Shown: one piece after another, positions 31,053 to 39,524 of the stretch | How positions within the stretch are numbered: the first letter of the stretch is position 1 | How the letters are laid out: every line of letters begins with the position of its first letter | The notes under the pieces: generated by a model | The model's database searches: none | Seen by the model: only the letters and a program-made list of their open reading frames with translations | Told to the model about the DNA's origin: nothing | Made by a program: the position numbers and the translations under genes | Source of the DNA: Congzhengia sp. | Lineage (GTDB): Bacteria > Bacillota > Clostridia > UBA1381 > UBA9506 | DNA: 43,860 nucleotides | Assembly (NCBI GenBank): GCA_045593125.1 | Contig: JAZNWB010000051.1 | Location: forward strand, 1-43,860 | Reading direction: 5' to 3'

Positions 31053-32873
31053 TTATAGTTTCGAATTTTCTTTTAACAGTTTTATGATTTTTTCTTTAAA
31101 AAGTCTTAAGTTATGTCTGATTGTTTCCTTCATGAGGTACAGACCATTTTTTGAATTAAGTACAGAATTTTCACTGTCAACAATTTTTATAAGATCTTTC
31201 GCAAGGTCAAAATAAACTCTTTTAACAAAATGATTTATAGAATTGGTAAAGTCCTTTGAATCGTGTATGTATTTATCTATGGGCAATAATACAATTTCAG
31301 GTTTATCTTCTGCCCAACGCCGTATTTTCTCATTCAGCACTCTGTGAAAGATATGCCTATTCTCATAAGAGGGTACAGTATATCCCGTGTATTCTCTTTC
31401 TGTTGGAAGTATAAGTACAAACGCAGAGGCACGGATATTCTTATAAATAGTATCAAGAGACTGTATCGTTATTGAACAGTCGCTGTTGTTTACATATTCA
31501 TATTTGTCTGCAAAAGATATCAGGTCATCTTCTGTGAAATTGATATTTGATGTGAATATAGTTTTATTTATATACTTATCAAAATTCTGCTTATCAGTCA
31601 GGTCATAAAAACCTTCACAAAGGGAGATAAGTTCGTTAGTTTCTTTTCTTCTGTAAATCCCCAGATTGCCGTCAGAAAACATTGAAAGCACGAAACAATT
31701 AAAGGATGTCGAGGTAAGCTCTGTATCGAGCATTTTGTCGTCAAACCACTCAAAGTCTGAAAGTATGGTATTTTTTTGTTCTTGGCTTATTGTGAGTGCT
31801 GTCGCAATCTGTGCAGTATGGTTATGACCTTCCACAGATATTCCGTTCTTTCCCACATAGGTAAATTCCGTGTGGATTGTTTCACTTTCTTCGATAAATG
31901 AAAACATCTGTGACATATCGCAAGGACCTTTAATAAGAATTTTAAGGTCAGTGGAAAGCTTTTCAGCAGTGTAAGAATTTGTATTGTTAATCCATGGTGG
32001 CACAAAATCTTTGGATAATTCCTCGACAACATCACCATTTATCGCAAGCGATGGACATCCGAGGGTCATATATGTATATTGCTCAATTTTCATACCTAAT
32101 GTTCTGCATGAAAAAGTAAAGTGTACAAGATTATTGTCCTTTATTGCAAAAAAACCGATAATTCCGTAATCGCCAAAATTGTCATTGGCTGTAACGTAAC
32201 CGCAGGAGTATTCGGTATTTTGAAATAGTTCAATAAGTTCGGTCTTAGTATGACGTAGTTTTGTAAAGTTCAACTGGTTGCTTCTTTGTACAAGATCGTA
32301 AATTCTTTCTGCATTATTTGCGCAATCATATTTTATTTCAACACGGATACCGCAAGACATTAAAAAATCTTCGTTTGAAGAAAATCCATTTTTAAATTCT
32401 GCTTTTTGCTCTAAAATTTTATACTGGTTAAGTCGTTTGTGTGTCATATCTTTCTTTGTTGCATTCTCTGCGATGGAGTAAAGGGGGATGAGGTCTTCAG
32501 GAAGAGCGGTCATAATTTCGGGACAGTAAAATTCTGCCTCTTTTAAATTCTGCGGATTATCATCTACAAATAACACATTTACAGGTCTTAATGACATAGA
32601 TGAGATAATGTCAAGCACGCGTTTGCCTTTTGGTTCCCAATTGATAGACGGAAAGACAAAATAATCCCACAGATTAAGATTTTTAAGAGTAACTTCTGCC
32701 GTGTAATAATCATTCTTCGAGCAGATGGAATTCACAATTCCCATATCCGTAAGATTTTTTATGAAATGCTCGTTCTCGGGAATGAGTGTGATATTTTCCT
32801 CGCTCACTGTACCGTTCCACAAGGTACAGTCAAGATCCCATATTATGAGTTTAATTTTAGAAAAATTAACCAT
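31053..32873 (-). CDS. HAD-IIIC / FkbH-like phosphatase-transferase with extra C-terminal domain
   Basis: IIWDLDCTLW, ICSKN, LFVDDN, QRSNQLNFT, FGDYGIIG, FSCRTLG; ATG 32873 after GAGGAG. Confidence 0.85.
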   Translation of the reverse strand: MVNFSKIKLIIWDLDCTLWNGTVSEENITLIPENEHFIKNLTDMGIVNSICSKNDYYTAEVTLKNLNLWDYFVFPSINWEPKGKRVLDIISSMSLRPVNVLFVDDNPQNLKEAEFYCPEIMTALPEDLIPLYSIAENATKKDMTHKRLNQYKILEQKAEFKNGFSSNEDFLMSCGIRVEIKYDCANNAERIYDLVQRSNQLNFTKLRHTKTELIELFQNTEYSCGYVTANDNFGDYGIIGFFAIKDNNLVHFTFSCRTLGMKIEQYTYMTLGCPSLAINGDVVEELSKDFVPPWINNTNSYTAEKLSTDLKILIKGPCDMSQMFSFIEESETIHTEFTYVGKNGISVEGHNHTAQIATALTISQEQKNTILSDFEWFDDKMLDTELTSTSFNCFVLSMFSDGNLGIYRRKETNELISLCEGFYDLTDKQNFDKYINKTIFTSNINFTEDDLISFADKYEYVNNSDCSITIQSLDTIYKNIRASAFVLILPTEREYTGYTVPSYENRHIFHRVLNEKIRRWAEDKPEIVLLPIDKYIHDSKDFTNSINHFVKRVYFDLAKDLIKIVDSENSVLNSKNGLYLMKETIRHNLRLFKEKIIKLLKENSKL

Positions 32874-32912
32874 AAATTTACTCCTCTTCAACATAACAAC
32901 ACTAATAGAAAT

Positions 32913-32942
32913 ATTTTAGCATATTTATATGTAATTTGTCAA
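32913..32942 (-). promoter_or_regulatory. SigA-type promoter of the FkbH-like gene
   Basis: Minus strand TTGACA, 18 bp spacer, TAAAAT with extended TG. Confidence 0.7.
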
Positions 32943-32952
32943 TCAAATTACC

Positions 32953-32987
32953 ATTGCACACAATTGCACATTTTTTTGTGATACATT
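32953..32987 (+). promoter_or_regulatory. Putative activator-dependent late promoter of the phage-like module
   Basis: Direct repeat ATTGCACA at 32953 and 32963, then TGTGA-TACATT extended -10; no consensus -35 at normal spacing. Confidence 0.5.
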
Positions 32988-33029
32988 AAGTGTGAACCGG
33001 TTCTCAATCCAAAAAGAAAGGCGGAGATT

Positions 33030-33299
33030 ATGGCCAGAAAAAAGCAGAAAAAACTATCAGAATGTCTTTCGGATATTTTAAATCTGAAGGTCAGAGAGGA
33101 AAATCTGGAATTCCTAGAGGGGCTTGGAATTAAAAAAACAAATGCCGACAACAAAATGTTAATAGCCGCACGGCTTTTTGAGAGAGCGTCGTCAGGGGAA
33201 ATCAGTGCAATTAAAGAAATAAGAAGTGTGCTGGCAGAAACAGAAATTGATTCAGGTTCCATTGCAGAAATAATCGAGGCGGTGCGAAATGTCAGATAA
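33030..33299 (+). CDS. Putative small terminase subunit (short)
   Basis: Overlaps the terL start; helical; LFERASSGEISAIKEI resembles the A..GD..A motif of clostridial pre-terL proteins. Confidence 0.6.
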   Translation: MARKKQKKLSECLSDILNLKVREENLEFLEGLGIKKTNADNKMLIAARLFERASSGEISAIKEIRSVLAETEIDSGSIAEIIEAVRNVR

Positions 33300-34542
33300 G
33301 CAGATAGAATTTTCACAAAAGCAGGAAGAGGTTATTTCCCTGTTAAAGCACGAAAAGCTCAAAAGAATTAATCTTTTAGAAGGGTCTGTGCGTTCAGGTA
33401 AAACCTGGATAAGCCTGGTACTTTGGGCAATGTGGGTTGCAACGCAGCCGAAAGACGCCTCCTTTTTGATGGCAGCAAAAACGTTGACAGCACTGGAGCG
33501 AAATAATCTGAATTTGCTATCAAGTTTGGTAGGTGCTGATAACTTCAGATTCTCTATTGCATCAAAAAAAGCAGAACTTTTTGGAAGAAACGTATATTTA
33601 GAGGGTGCAAGCGACGTAAGGGCAGAAAACAAAATACGAGGCCTTACTCTGTGCGGTGCATATGTTGACGAGCTGACGCTGATTGATGAGGATTTTTTTG
33701 TGATGCTTCTTTCAAGACTTTCCGAGCCTGATGCCAAGCTTTTTGCTACAACAAACCCTGATTCTCCAAATCATTGGCTGATGACAAATTACATAGAAAG
33801 AGCAGAGTGCGGTGAGCTGGATTTTCTGCGAATAAAATTTTCTATTGAGGATAATCCGTATCTTTCAAAAGAGTATATACGTAGTCTTAAAAATGAATAC
33901 ACAGGTGTTTTTTATCAGCGGTTTATAAAAGGCGAATGGGTAGCAGCGGAGGGTGTTGTGTATCCCGAGTACGCTGATAATCCCCAAAAGTTTTTAAAAG
34001 ACAAGCCCCAAGACGATGTCAGCTTTGCTACCATTGGTGTCGATTTCGGGGGGAATAAGTCTGCTCACGCCTTTGTTTGTCTTGGATTTACCAAAGGTTT
34101 TAGGCGGTGTGTTGTTTTAGACGAATTTTATTTAAAAGAGCAGATAAGTCCTGAGAGGCTATGTAATGAATTTGTTGCCTTTTGTAGGCGGCAGAAGGAA
34201 AGATATCGTGTATATGAAGCATATTGCGACAATGCAGAAACCACTCTTATCAGAGGACTGTCAAACGCCGTAATAAATTGTGGTCTGGCCATTGATGTAA
34301 AGAAGGCAAAAAAGACAAAAATTATAGACAGGATACGCTTTATAAATGCACTTATTGCGTCAAGCAGATTTGAGGTTTTAAAGAGTTGCAGTAATGTAAA
34401 TGATGCTTTGTGTCAGGCAGTATGGGACAGTAGCGAGCAATGTGATGTAAGGCTTGATGACGGATATCGTAATGTGGATTCTTTGGATGCTTTAGAGTAT
34501 GCGGCTGAACCATATATGAAAGAAATGATGAGCGTATCTTAA
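33289..34542 (+). CDS. Terminase large subunit, PBSX family
   Basis: Walker A GSVRSGKT, Walker B RGLTLCGAYVDE, coupling motif TTNPDSPNHW, nuclease GVDFG and DSLDALEYA. Confidence 0.93.
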   Translation: MSDKQIEFSQKQEEVISLLKHEKLKRINLLEGSVRSGKTWISLVLWAMWVATQPKDASFLMAAKTLTALERNNLNLLSSLVGADNFRFSIASKKAELFGRNVYLEGASDVRAENKIRGLTLCGAYVDELTLIDEDFFVMLLSRLSEPDAKLFATTNPDSPNHWLMTNYIERAECGELDFLRIKFSIEDNPYLSKEYIRSLKNEYTGVFYQRFIKGEWVAAEGVVYPEYADNPQKFLKDKPQDDVSFATIGVDFGGNKSAHAFVCLGFTKGFRRCVVLDEFYLKEQISPERLCNEFVAFCRRQKERYRVYEAYCDNAETTLIRGLSNAVINCGLAIDVKKAKKTKIIDRIRFINALIASSRFEVLKSCSNVNDALCQAVWDSSEQCDVRLDDGYRNVDSLDALEYAAEPYMKEMMSVS

Positions 34543-34554
34543 AAAGGAGAAAAA

Positions 34555-35904
34555 ATGATAAAAAAAGCATTAATTGATTTAGGTTACACACCTGCTCCTG
34601 ACGGCATGATGATGCCTGTGGAATTGTGGAAGTCCTGGTATGAAGGAAAGGTTAAATCTTTTCATGAATATCGTCAGTACAACGGAAAAAGAGTGTTAAG
34701 ACGTACAAGAAAGTCTCTGTCTATGGCAAAGCGTGTATGTGAGGATTGGGCAGATATGATTTTTAATGAAAAACTTGAAATCAGTATGCCTGATAAGCGG
34801 CTGCAAAGTATTGTTGACGGGGTGTTAAACAAAAACAATTTCAGAGTTTGTGCAAACAGGATGATAGAATTATCCTTTGCGTTGGGAACAGGTGCTTTTG
34901 TGGAGCACAAGACAAAAGACGGGGTGTTAATTGATTATGTAAAGGCAGATATGATATATCCTCTGTCCTTTGCAAATGGAAAAATAACAGAATGTGCCTT
35001 TGCAAGCCGTATGATGATTTACGGGGAAATGCATACATATTTAAACATTCATGTTATAGAGCAGGGCAAATATGTTGTGATAAACAAGCTTATATGTGAG
35101 CGTACCAAAAAAGAAGTACCTCTGCCTGAGGGAATCTGTGAAAAATTCTACACAAACTCAGATGTGGCACTTTTTCAGATCTTTATGCCCAACGTTGCTA
35201 ACAATATCTGCCCCGACAGTCCTTTAGGAATTTCGGTGTTTGCCAATGCCATTGATGTTCTAGAGGGTATTGACTTGGTGTATGACAGTTATCAGAACGA
35301 GTTCCGTCTTGGCAAAAAAAGAATTATCGTACCTCTTACCATGGCAAAAATTGAAATGGAGCAGCAGGGAGAAATTCTTCCTGTATTTGATGACAATGAC
35401 ACTGAATTTTACGCTATGAGCGGGGCTGATCCTGATAGTTTTTCTATCAGTGAAATTAATATGGATATTCGTGCTGATGCCCATGAAACAGGCCTTCAGA
35501 GAAGTATTGATTTGTTGTCTGATTTGTGCGGATTTGGTTCAGGGAAATACACCTACACAACAGGCAGAGTCAAGACTGCTACACAGATTGTATCAGAACA
35601 GTCGGATTTATTCAGAAACTTAAAGAAGCACGAGCTTGTAGCTGAACGTGTAATACGTGATTTGGTGAAAGCTGTACTTTATCTTTCGGGAGAAAATCCT
35701 GACGCTGAGGTTATTGTTAATTTTGATGATTCAATAATTGAAAACAGTGAATCAACAGCACAGCGTGCACTGCTCGAAGTACAAAACAACATTATTGATG
35801 CGGCAGAGTATCTGTGCCGTGTATATAAAATGCCAAGAGAGGCAGCAGAAGAAAAAATTAAAAGTATGAATTTAGAAGTTCATACTCCCGCGACTGCGGT
35901 TTAA
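34555..35904 (+). CDS. Portal protein (A118/SPP1 gp6-like)
   Basis: Follows terL; WKSWYEG, MAKRVCEDWA, SPLGISVFANA, KTATQIVS, VNFDDSII motifs. Confidence 0.9.
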   Translation: MIKKALIDLGYTPAPDGMMMPVELWKSWYEGKVKSFHEYRQYNGKRVLRRTRKSLSMAKRVCEDWADMIFNEKLEISMPDKRLQSIVDGVLNKNNFRVCANRMIELSFALGTGAFVEHKTKDGVLIDYVKADMIYPLSFANGKITECAFASRMMIYGEMHTYLNIHVIEQGKYVVINKLICERTKKEVPLPEGICEKFYTNSDVALFQIFMPNVANNICPDSPLGISVFANAIDVLEGIDLVYDSYQNEFRLGKKRIIVPLTMAKIEMEQQGEILPVFDDNDTEFYAMSGADPDSFSISEINMDIRADAHETGLQRSIDLLSDLCGFGSGKYTYTTGRVKTATQIVSEQSDLFRNLKKHELVAERVIRDLVKAVLYLSGENPDAEVIVNFDDSIIENSESTAQRALLEVQNNIIDAAEYLCRVYKMPREAAEEKIKSMNLEVHTPATAV

Positions 35905-35910
35905 ATATAT

Positions 35911-35934
35911 CGGTGCGTGCACCGTAAAAGCACG
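35911..35934 (+). ncRNA. Compact H-type pseudoknot 5' of the scaffold gene RBS (GP20-motif-like)
   Basis: CGGT-G-CGTGC-ACCG-TAAAA-GCACG: stem 1 CGGT/ACCG, stem 2 CGTGC/GCACG; directly followed by TAGAAAGGAAAAATATG. Confidence 0.55.
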
Positions 35935-35948
35935 TAGAAAGGAAAAAT

Positions 35949-36461
35949 ATGAAAAGAGATTTTTTGACAGGTGAGCTTGGTCTTACCAAAGAAATTACCG
36001 ACAAAATTATGGCACAGTACGGCGAATCCGTTAATTCGCTGAAATCAGAAAATGCACGACTTACAGAAGAAAATGAAAAATACCTCAAAAAAGCTCAAAA
36101 TGCCGAGAATCTTGCATCGCGCTTGGCTGAGGTAGATGGAAAAAATCAACAGCTTGAGGAAAGTATAGGAAAACTCACGGTCGAGTTAAATGAATCAAAA
36201 TTAACAGGTGCTTTGACCTCAGCGTTGATTTCTGCAGGCGCAAAAAACGTAATTGCGGCAGGTGCCCTGATTGACAAAGGTAAAATCACAATAGACGATA
36301 CAGGAATTAAGGGGTTGACAGAGCAGATTGAAGCAGTAAAGAAGGAATGCTCATATCTGTTTTATGACAGCGGCTATTCCTCAGGTATGGCTCACTCATC
36401 AACACAGAAAAACACGGACGGCTTTACGAGTTTTGCTCGTTTAGCTGCTAAACTTAACTAA
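35949..36461 (+). CDS. Capsid scaffolding protein (Phage GP20 family)
   Basis: MKRDFL..LGL..DKIMA N-terminus, coiled coil, AGAKN..ALID..KGL.EQI..K..YLF; precedes the capsid gene. Confidence 0.85.
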   Translation: MKRDFLTGELGLTKEITDKIMAQYGESVNSLKSENARLTEENEKYLKKAQNAENLASRLAEVDGKNQQLEESIGKLTVELNESKLTGALTSALISAGAKNVIAAGALIDKGKITIDDTGIKGLTEQIEAVKKECSYLFYDSGYSSGMAHSSTQKNTDGFTSFARLAAKLN

Positions 36462-36479
36462 GAGAAAGAGGTATAAATA

Positions 36480-37352
36480 ATGGAAAACAACATTCAGTTA
36501 GCTGAAAAATTCTTACCCGTAATTGACGATATTTATAAAAAACAGTCAGTTACTCAAGTTTTAGACAACGACACACAGGTAAATTTTGTAGGAGCAAACA
36601 AGGTTCAGGTTTTAAAGACAGCAACAACAGGTCTTGGTGACTACTCAAGAACAGACGGCTATCCCAAGGGCGAGGTTACAGCTACATGGGAAACAATGAC
36701 ACTATCTGTTGAACGTGGTAAGGAATTATCTATTGACCGTATGGACAACGAAGAAACACTCGGTATGGCATTTGGGGCTGTAACAGGTAGCTTTATGAGA
36801 GAATGGGTTGTACCTGAAATTGACGCATACAGATTTTCAAAGTATGCATCAACCGATGGTATTTCAAAAACATCCGCAACACTTACAGCAGATAACATCT
36901 TAGCCGCAATTGATGAGGCTAAAAAGCAGATGGATGCAGACGAAATTCCCGAAGAGGGCAGAATTTTATTTGTAAATTCAGACCTTCAGTTGTTACTCAA
37001 TCAGTCTGTTTCACGTTCATACGGCAGTGACGCTGCAGTAAATACAATCATGGGTGCGTATAACGGCATGAAGGTTGTATATGTTCCTGCTTCACGCTTT
37101 GTAACAAAGCTTGAGCTTGCTGATGGAACATCCGGCTGTGGTTTTGCACGTGCGGAAGACTCAGAAAACATCAACTTTATGCTGGTTTATCCCGGTTCTG
37201 TCCTTCAGGTACAGAAGTTTGCAATGCCCAAAATTTTCACACCTGACGAAAACCAGGACAAGGACATGTGGAAATTCCAGTTCAGACTCTATCACGATTG
37301 CTTTGTGTATGACAATAAGGTAAAGGGTATTTATCTTAATACAGCAGAGTAA
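36480..37352 (+). CDS. Major capsid protein
   Basis: GLGDYSR, IDRMDNEET, VVPEIDAYRF, FRLYHDCFV..K.KGIY; strong RBS; 290 aa. Confidence 0.88.
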   Translation: MENNIQLAEKFLPVIDDIYKKQSVTQVLDNDTQVNFVGANKVQVLKTATTGLGDYSRTDGYPKGEVTATWETMTLSVERGKELSIDRMDNEETLGMAFGAVTGSFMREWVVPEIDAYRFSKYASTDGISKTSATLTADNILAAIDEAKKQMDADEIPEEGRILFVNSDLQLLLNQSVSRSYGSDAAVNTIMGAYNGMKVVYVPASRFVTKLELADGTSGCGFARAEDSENINFMLVYPGSVLQVQKFAMPKIFTPDENQDKDMWKFQFRLYHDCFVYDNKVKGIYLNTAE

Positions 37353-37370
37353 TCCTAAAGGAATGGTTAT

Positions 37371-37703
37371 ATGGAATTTATAGATTATGCTTATTACAAA
37401 GAGGTGTATTGCGGTACTTTGTCGCAGGAAGAATTCAACAGGGTCTATCCTAAGGCCTGTGCATATTTTATGGGTGCAACAAGAGGAAGAGTGGAAGAAA
37501 CAGATACTTCAATCTGTTTTGCACTTTGTGAGTTGTGCGATATATTTTATGAAGAACGCACGCGCAAAAGCATAAAGAGTGAGTCCTGTGACGGCTACTC
37601 TGTAACCTACGCAGATACGTTAAATACATACTCTTTGGCATGGGATGTACTGACTACATATCTTGAAACAAGCGGTTATCTCTACGGGGGGAGCAGTATA
37701 TGA
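37371..37703 (+). CDS. Head-tail adaptor protein
   Basis: IDY.YY..Y.G, KSES.DGYSV.Y and YL..SGYLY.G pattern; first gene after the capsid. Confidence 0.75.
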   Translation: MEFIDYAYYKEVYCGTLSQEEFNRVYPKACAYFMGATRGRVEETDTSICFALCELCDIFYEERTRKSIKSESCDGYSVTYADTLNTYSLAWDVLTTYLETSGYLYGGSSI

Positions 37704-38011
37704 AAAACTTAAAAACAATCAAGGTTTTCAGATACGATGAAAGAGAAAATGGGTGGTCAGAGCATGAGATAGAAAATGTGTTTATTTCAGGTTTTAAAGA
37801 AAGCTACAATCTGTCAGATACTCTGGATAAAAATGTATCACAGGTTATGCGTGTAATGGGAAATGCTGAGTGCGACGTTAAAGTATCGGACAGAATTGTT
37901 CTGATGCCCTATGACGGAAGTATTTGTCCTGATAATGCTTTGGTTGTAGTTTCTGTTACGAAGAACGTATGTGGAGAAAATACATCTCATACGAAAATCC
38001 TGTGCAGGTAA
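37700..38011 (+). CDS. Putative head-closure (stopper) protein
   Basis: 103 aa, beta-rich, VKVSDRIV and terminal HTKI; position after the adaptor; ATGA coupling. Confidence 0.55.
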   Translation: MKNLKTIKVFRYDERENGWSEHEIENVFISGFKESYNLSDTLDKNVSQVMRVMGNAECDVKVSDRIVLMPYDGSICPDNALVVVSVTKNVCGENTSHTKILCR

Positions 38012-38030
38012 ATTTACAGAAAGGATAGAT

Positions 38031-38465
38031 ATGGTTACAGACATTTTAGACTATTTAAAAAACTGCCCTATTCTTTCAGATTTTAATATGAATGTGGATT
38101 TTTTGGGAAAAAATCCACATTCCCTTTCCATAAGCGGAAGACCAAGTACCGACATATTGAAAAAATATACGGATGGTGACACTTTAGAAAAGAGTGTGTA
38201 TAAGTTAAGGCTTCGTCTTCCCTTTGGAATTGACAGGAACAAAAATACAGAAAACAGTGTTCTGGCAGAAAAATTGCAGAAATGGGTTTCGGAGCAAAGT
38301 GTAAAAGGATTCCTTCCTGATATGGGCGAGGAAAAGGTTGCGATAAATTCAGAACTATTTTTTTTAAGGGACAATGTTTCGTATTTTAGTGATACGGCAG
38401 TTTACGGGGCAGAGCTTGCCCTTACTTTTTACAAAGCAAACGAGAAAGGAAGTAAATTATGTTAG
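38031..38465 (+). CDS. Putative tail terminator protein
   Basis: YLKNCP, VDFL, KKYTDG, W..EQ..G.LP pattern; precedes the tail tube; ATG 38031 after AAGGA. Confidence 0.65.
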   Translation: MVTDILDYLKNCPILSDFNMNVDFLGKNPHSLSISGRPSTDILKKYTDGDTLEKSVYKLRLRLPFGIDRNKNTENSVLAEKLQKWVSEQSVKGFLPDMGEEKVAINSELFFLRDNVSYFSDTAVYGAELALTFYKANEKGSKLC

Positions 38466-38956
38466 GAAAGTTAATAGGCAGACATGAAAAAGTTGCGTAT
38501 TACGGTGTGCCGGATTCAGAGGGTAACGTAGTATATCACAGAATGTGCGGCTTTACCAAAATGGATACATCAAAAAATCCTGTTGAATATTCACGTAGAT
38601 ACATTGACGAAAGCTTTGAGCAGACAGATGTTGTGGCGATTTCTCCGTCAATTGCATTTACCTTTGACAGATATGCAGGCAATCCTGTGCACGACGATAT
38701 TATTAAGATTTCTGACAACGAAATCTTAGGCACAGATGCAGTACGTTCTATCGTTTTGGTAGACGTATCTCAAAAGGATGATGCTGGAAAGTGTCCTGCA
38801 ATTCTGCGTGATTTTTCTGTTATGGTGGAAACAGAAGGAAATTCCACAGACGCGTACACTCTAAGCGGTACAATGAGCACAAAGGGTGAAAAAGTGTTTG
38901 GTGAAGCTACAATTTCAGCAGATGCTAAAACCCTGACATTTACCGCCGATGAGTAG
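38459..38956 (+). CDS. Major tail (tube) protein, non-contractile type
   Basis: RM.GFT...NPVEYSRRYIDE...PSIAFTFD pattern; 165 aa; no sheath gene nearby. Confidence 0.78.
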   Translation: MLGKLIGRHEKVAYYGVPDSEGNVVYHRMCGFTKMDTSKNPVEYSRRYIDESFEQTDVVAISPSIAFTFDRYAGNPVHDDIIKISDNEILGTDAVRSIVLVDVSQKDDAGKCPAILRDFSVMVETEGNSTDAYTLSGTMSTKGEKVFGEATISADAKTLTFTADE

Positions 38957-39512
38957 AGAATTTAATATACTCACAGATGCTTTACCCGATAGCGTGACAT
39001 TATATGGGGAAAAATATCCTGTACATACAAGTTTTAAAAACTGGGTGAGAATTTCATGTATTTTAGAAAGAGAAAATTTAAAAGAACCGAAGATAATGGC
39101 AGAGATTTTAAAACTTTGTTATAAAGAAATTTTGCCGCCGAACAGTATGTCAGCGTTGCTTGGTGCGATTTCATTTTTAAGTAGGGGCACAGATTTTTCT
39201 GTGTCCCCTCAGGTTAAAAAAGAAAAATTAACATCATTTTGTGCAGACTGTGACTTGATTTATTCGACATTTTATTCAAAGTACGGAATTGATTTAGAAA
39301 AAGAAGATTTACATTGGTATAAATTCTGTTCTCTATTTGAAACATTAGCAGATGAAAATCCCTTTAAAACTGTGATAAAAATCAGAACAACTGATGAGGC
39401 CGAAATAAAAAACACCAAAGCACGCAGCACAATATCCGCCCTTAAAGCAAAGTACAGGATAAAGTCTTCAAAAGAAGTAGATGTGGGTGAGAATATATCA
39501 GATTTATTTTAA
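38949..39512 (+). CDS. Phage Gp15 family tail assembly protein
   Basis: NILTDALPDSV..G..Y...TSFKNW and YGIDL...LHWYKF..LF motifs. Confidence 0.82.
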   Translation: MSREFNILTDALPDSVTLYGEKYPVHTSFKNWVRISCILERENLKEPKIMAEILKLCYKEILPPNSMSALLGAISFLSRGTDFSVSPQVKKEKLTSFCADCDLIYSTFYSKYGIDLEKEDLHWYKFCSLFETLADENPFKTVIKIRTTDEAEIKNTKARSTISALKAKYRIKSSKEVDVGENISDLF

Positions 39513-39524
39513 AGGAGGGTGTCC

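Noticed and set aside
32874-33029. att site or integrase remnant at the left junction
   Set aside because: No tRNA, no recombinase fragment and no repeat partner within the window; the interval is explained by two divergent promoters
33013-33030. Out-of-frame AAG AAA GGC GGA (KKGG) as a frameshifted remnant of the missing TerS N-terminus
   Set aside because: Coincides with the Shine-Dalgarno sequence, which explains it more simply
38900-38960. Programmed frameshift of the tail-chaperone G/GT type
   Set aside because: No separate upstream chaperone ORF and no convincing slippery heptamer; Gp15 has its own ATG
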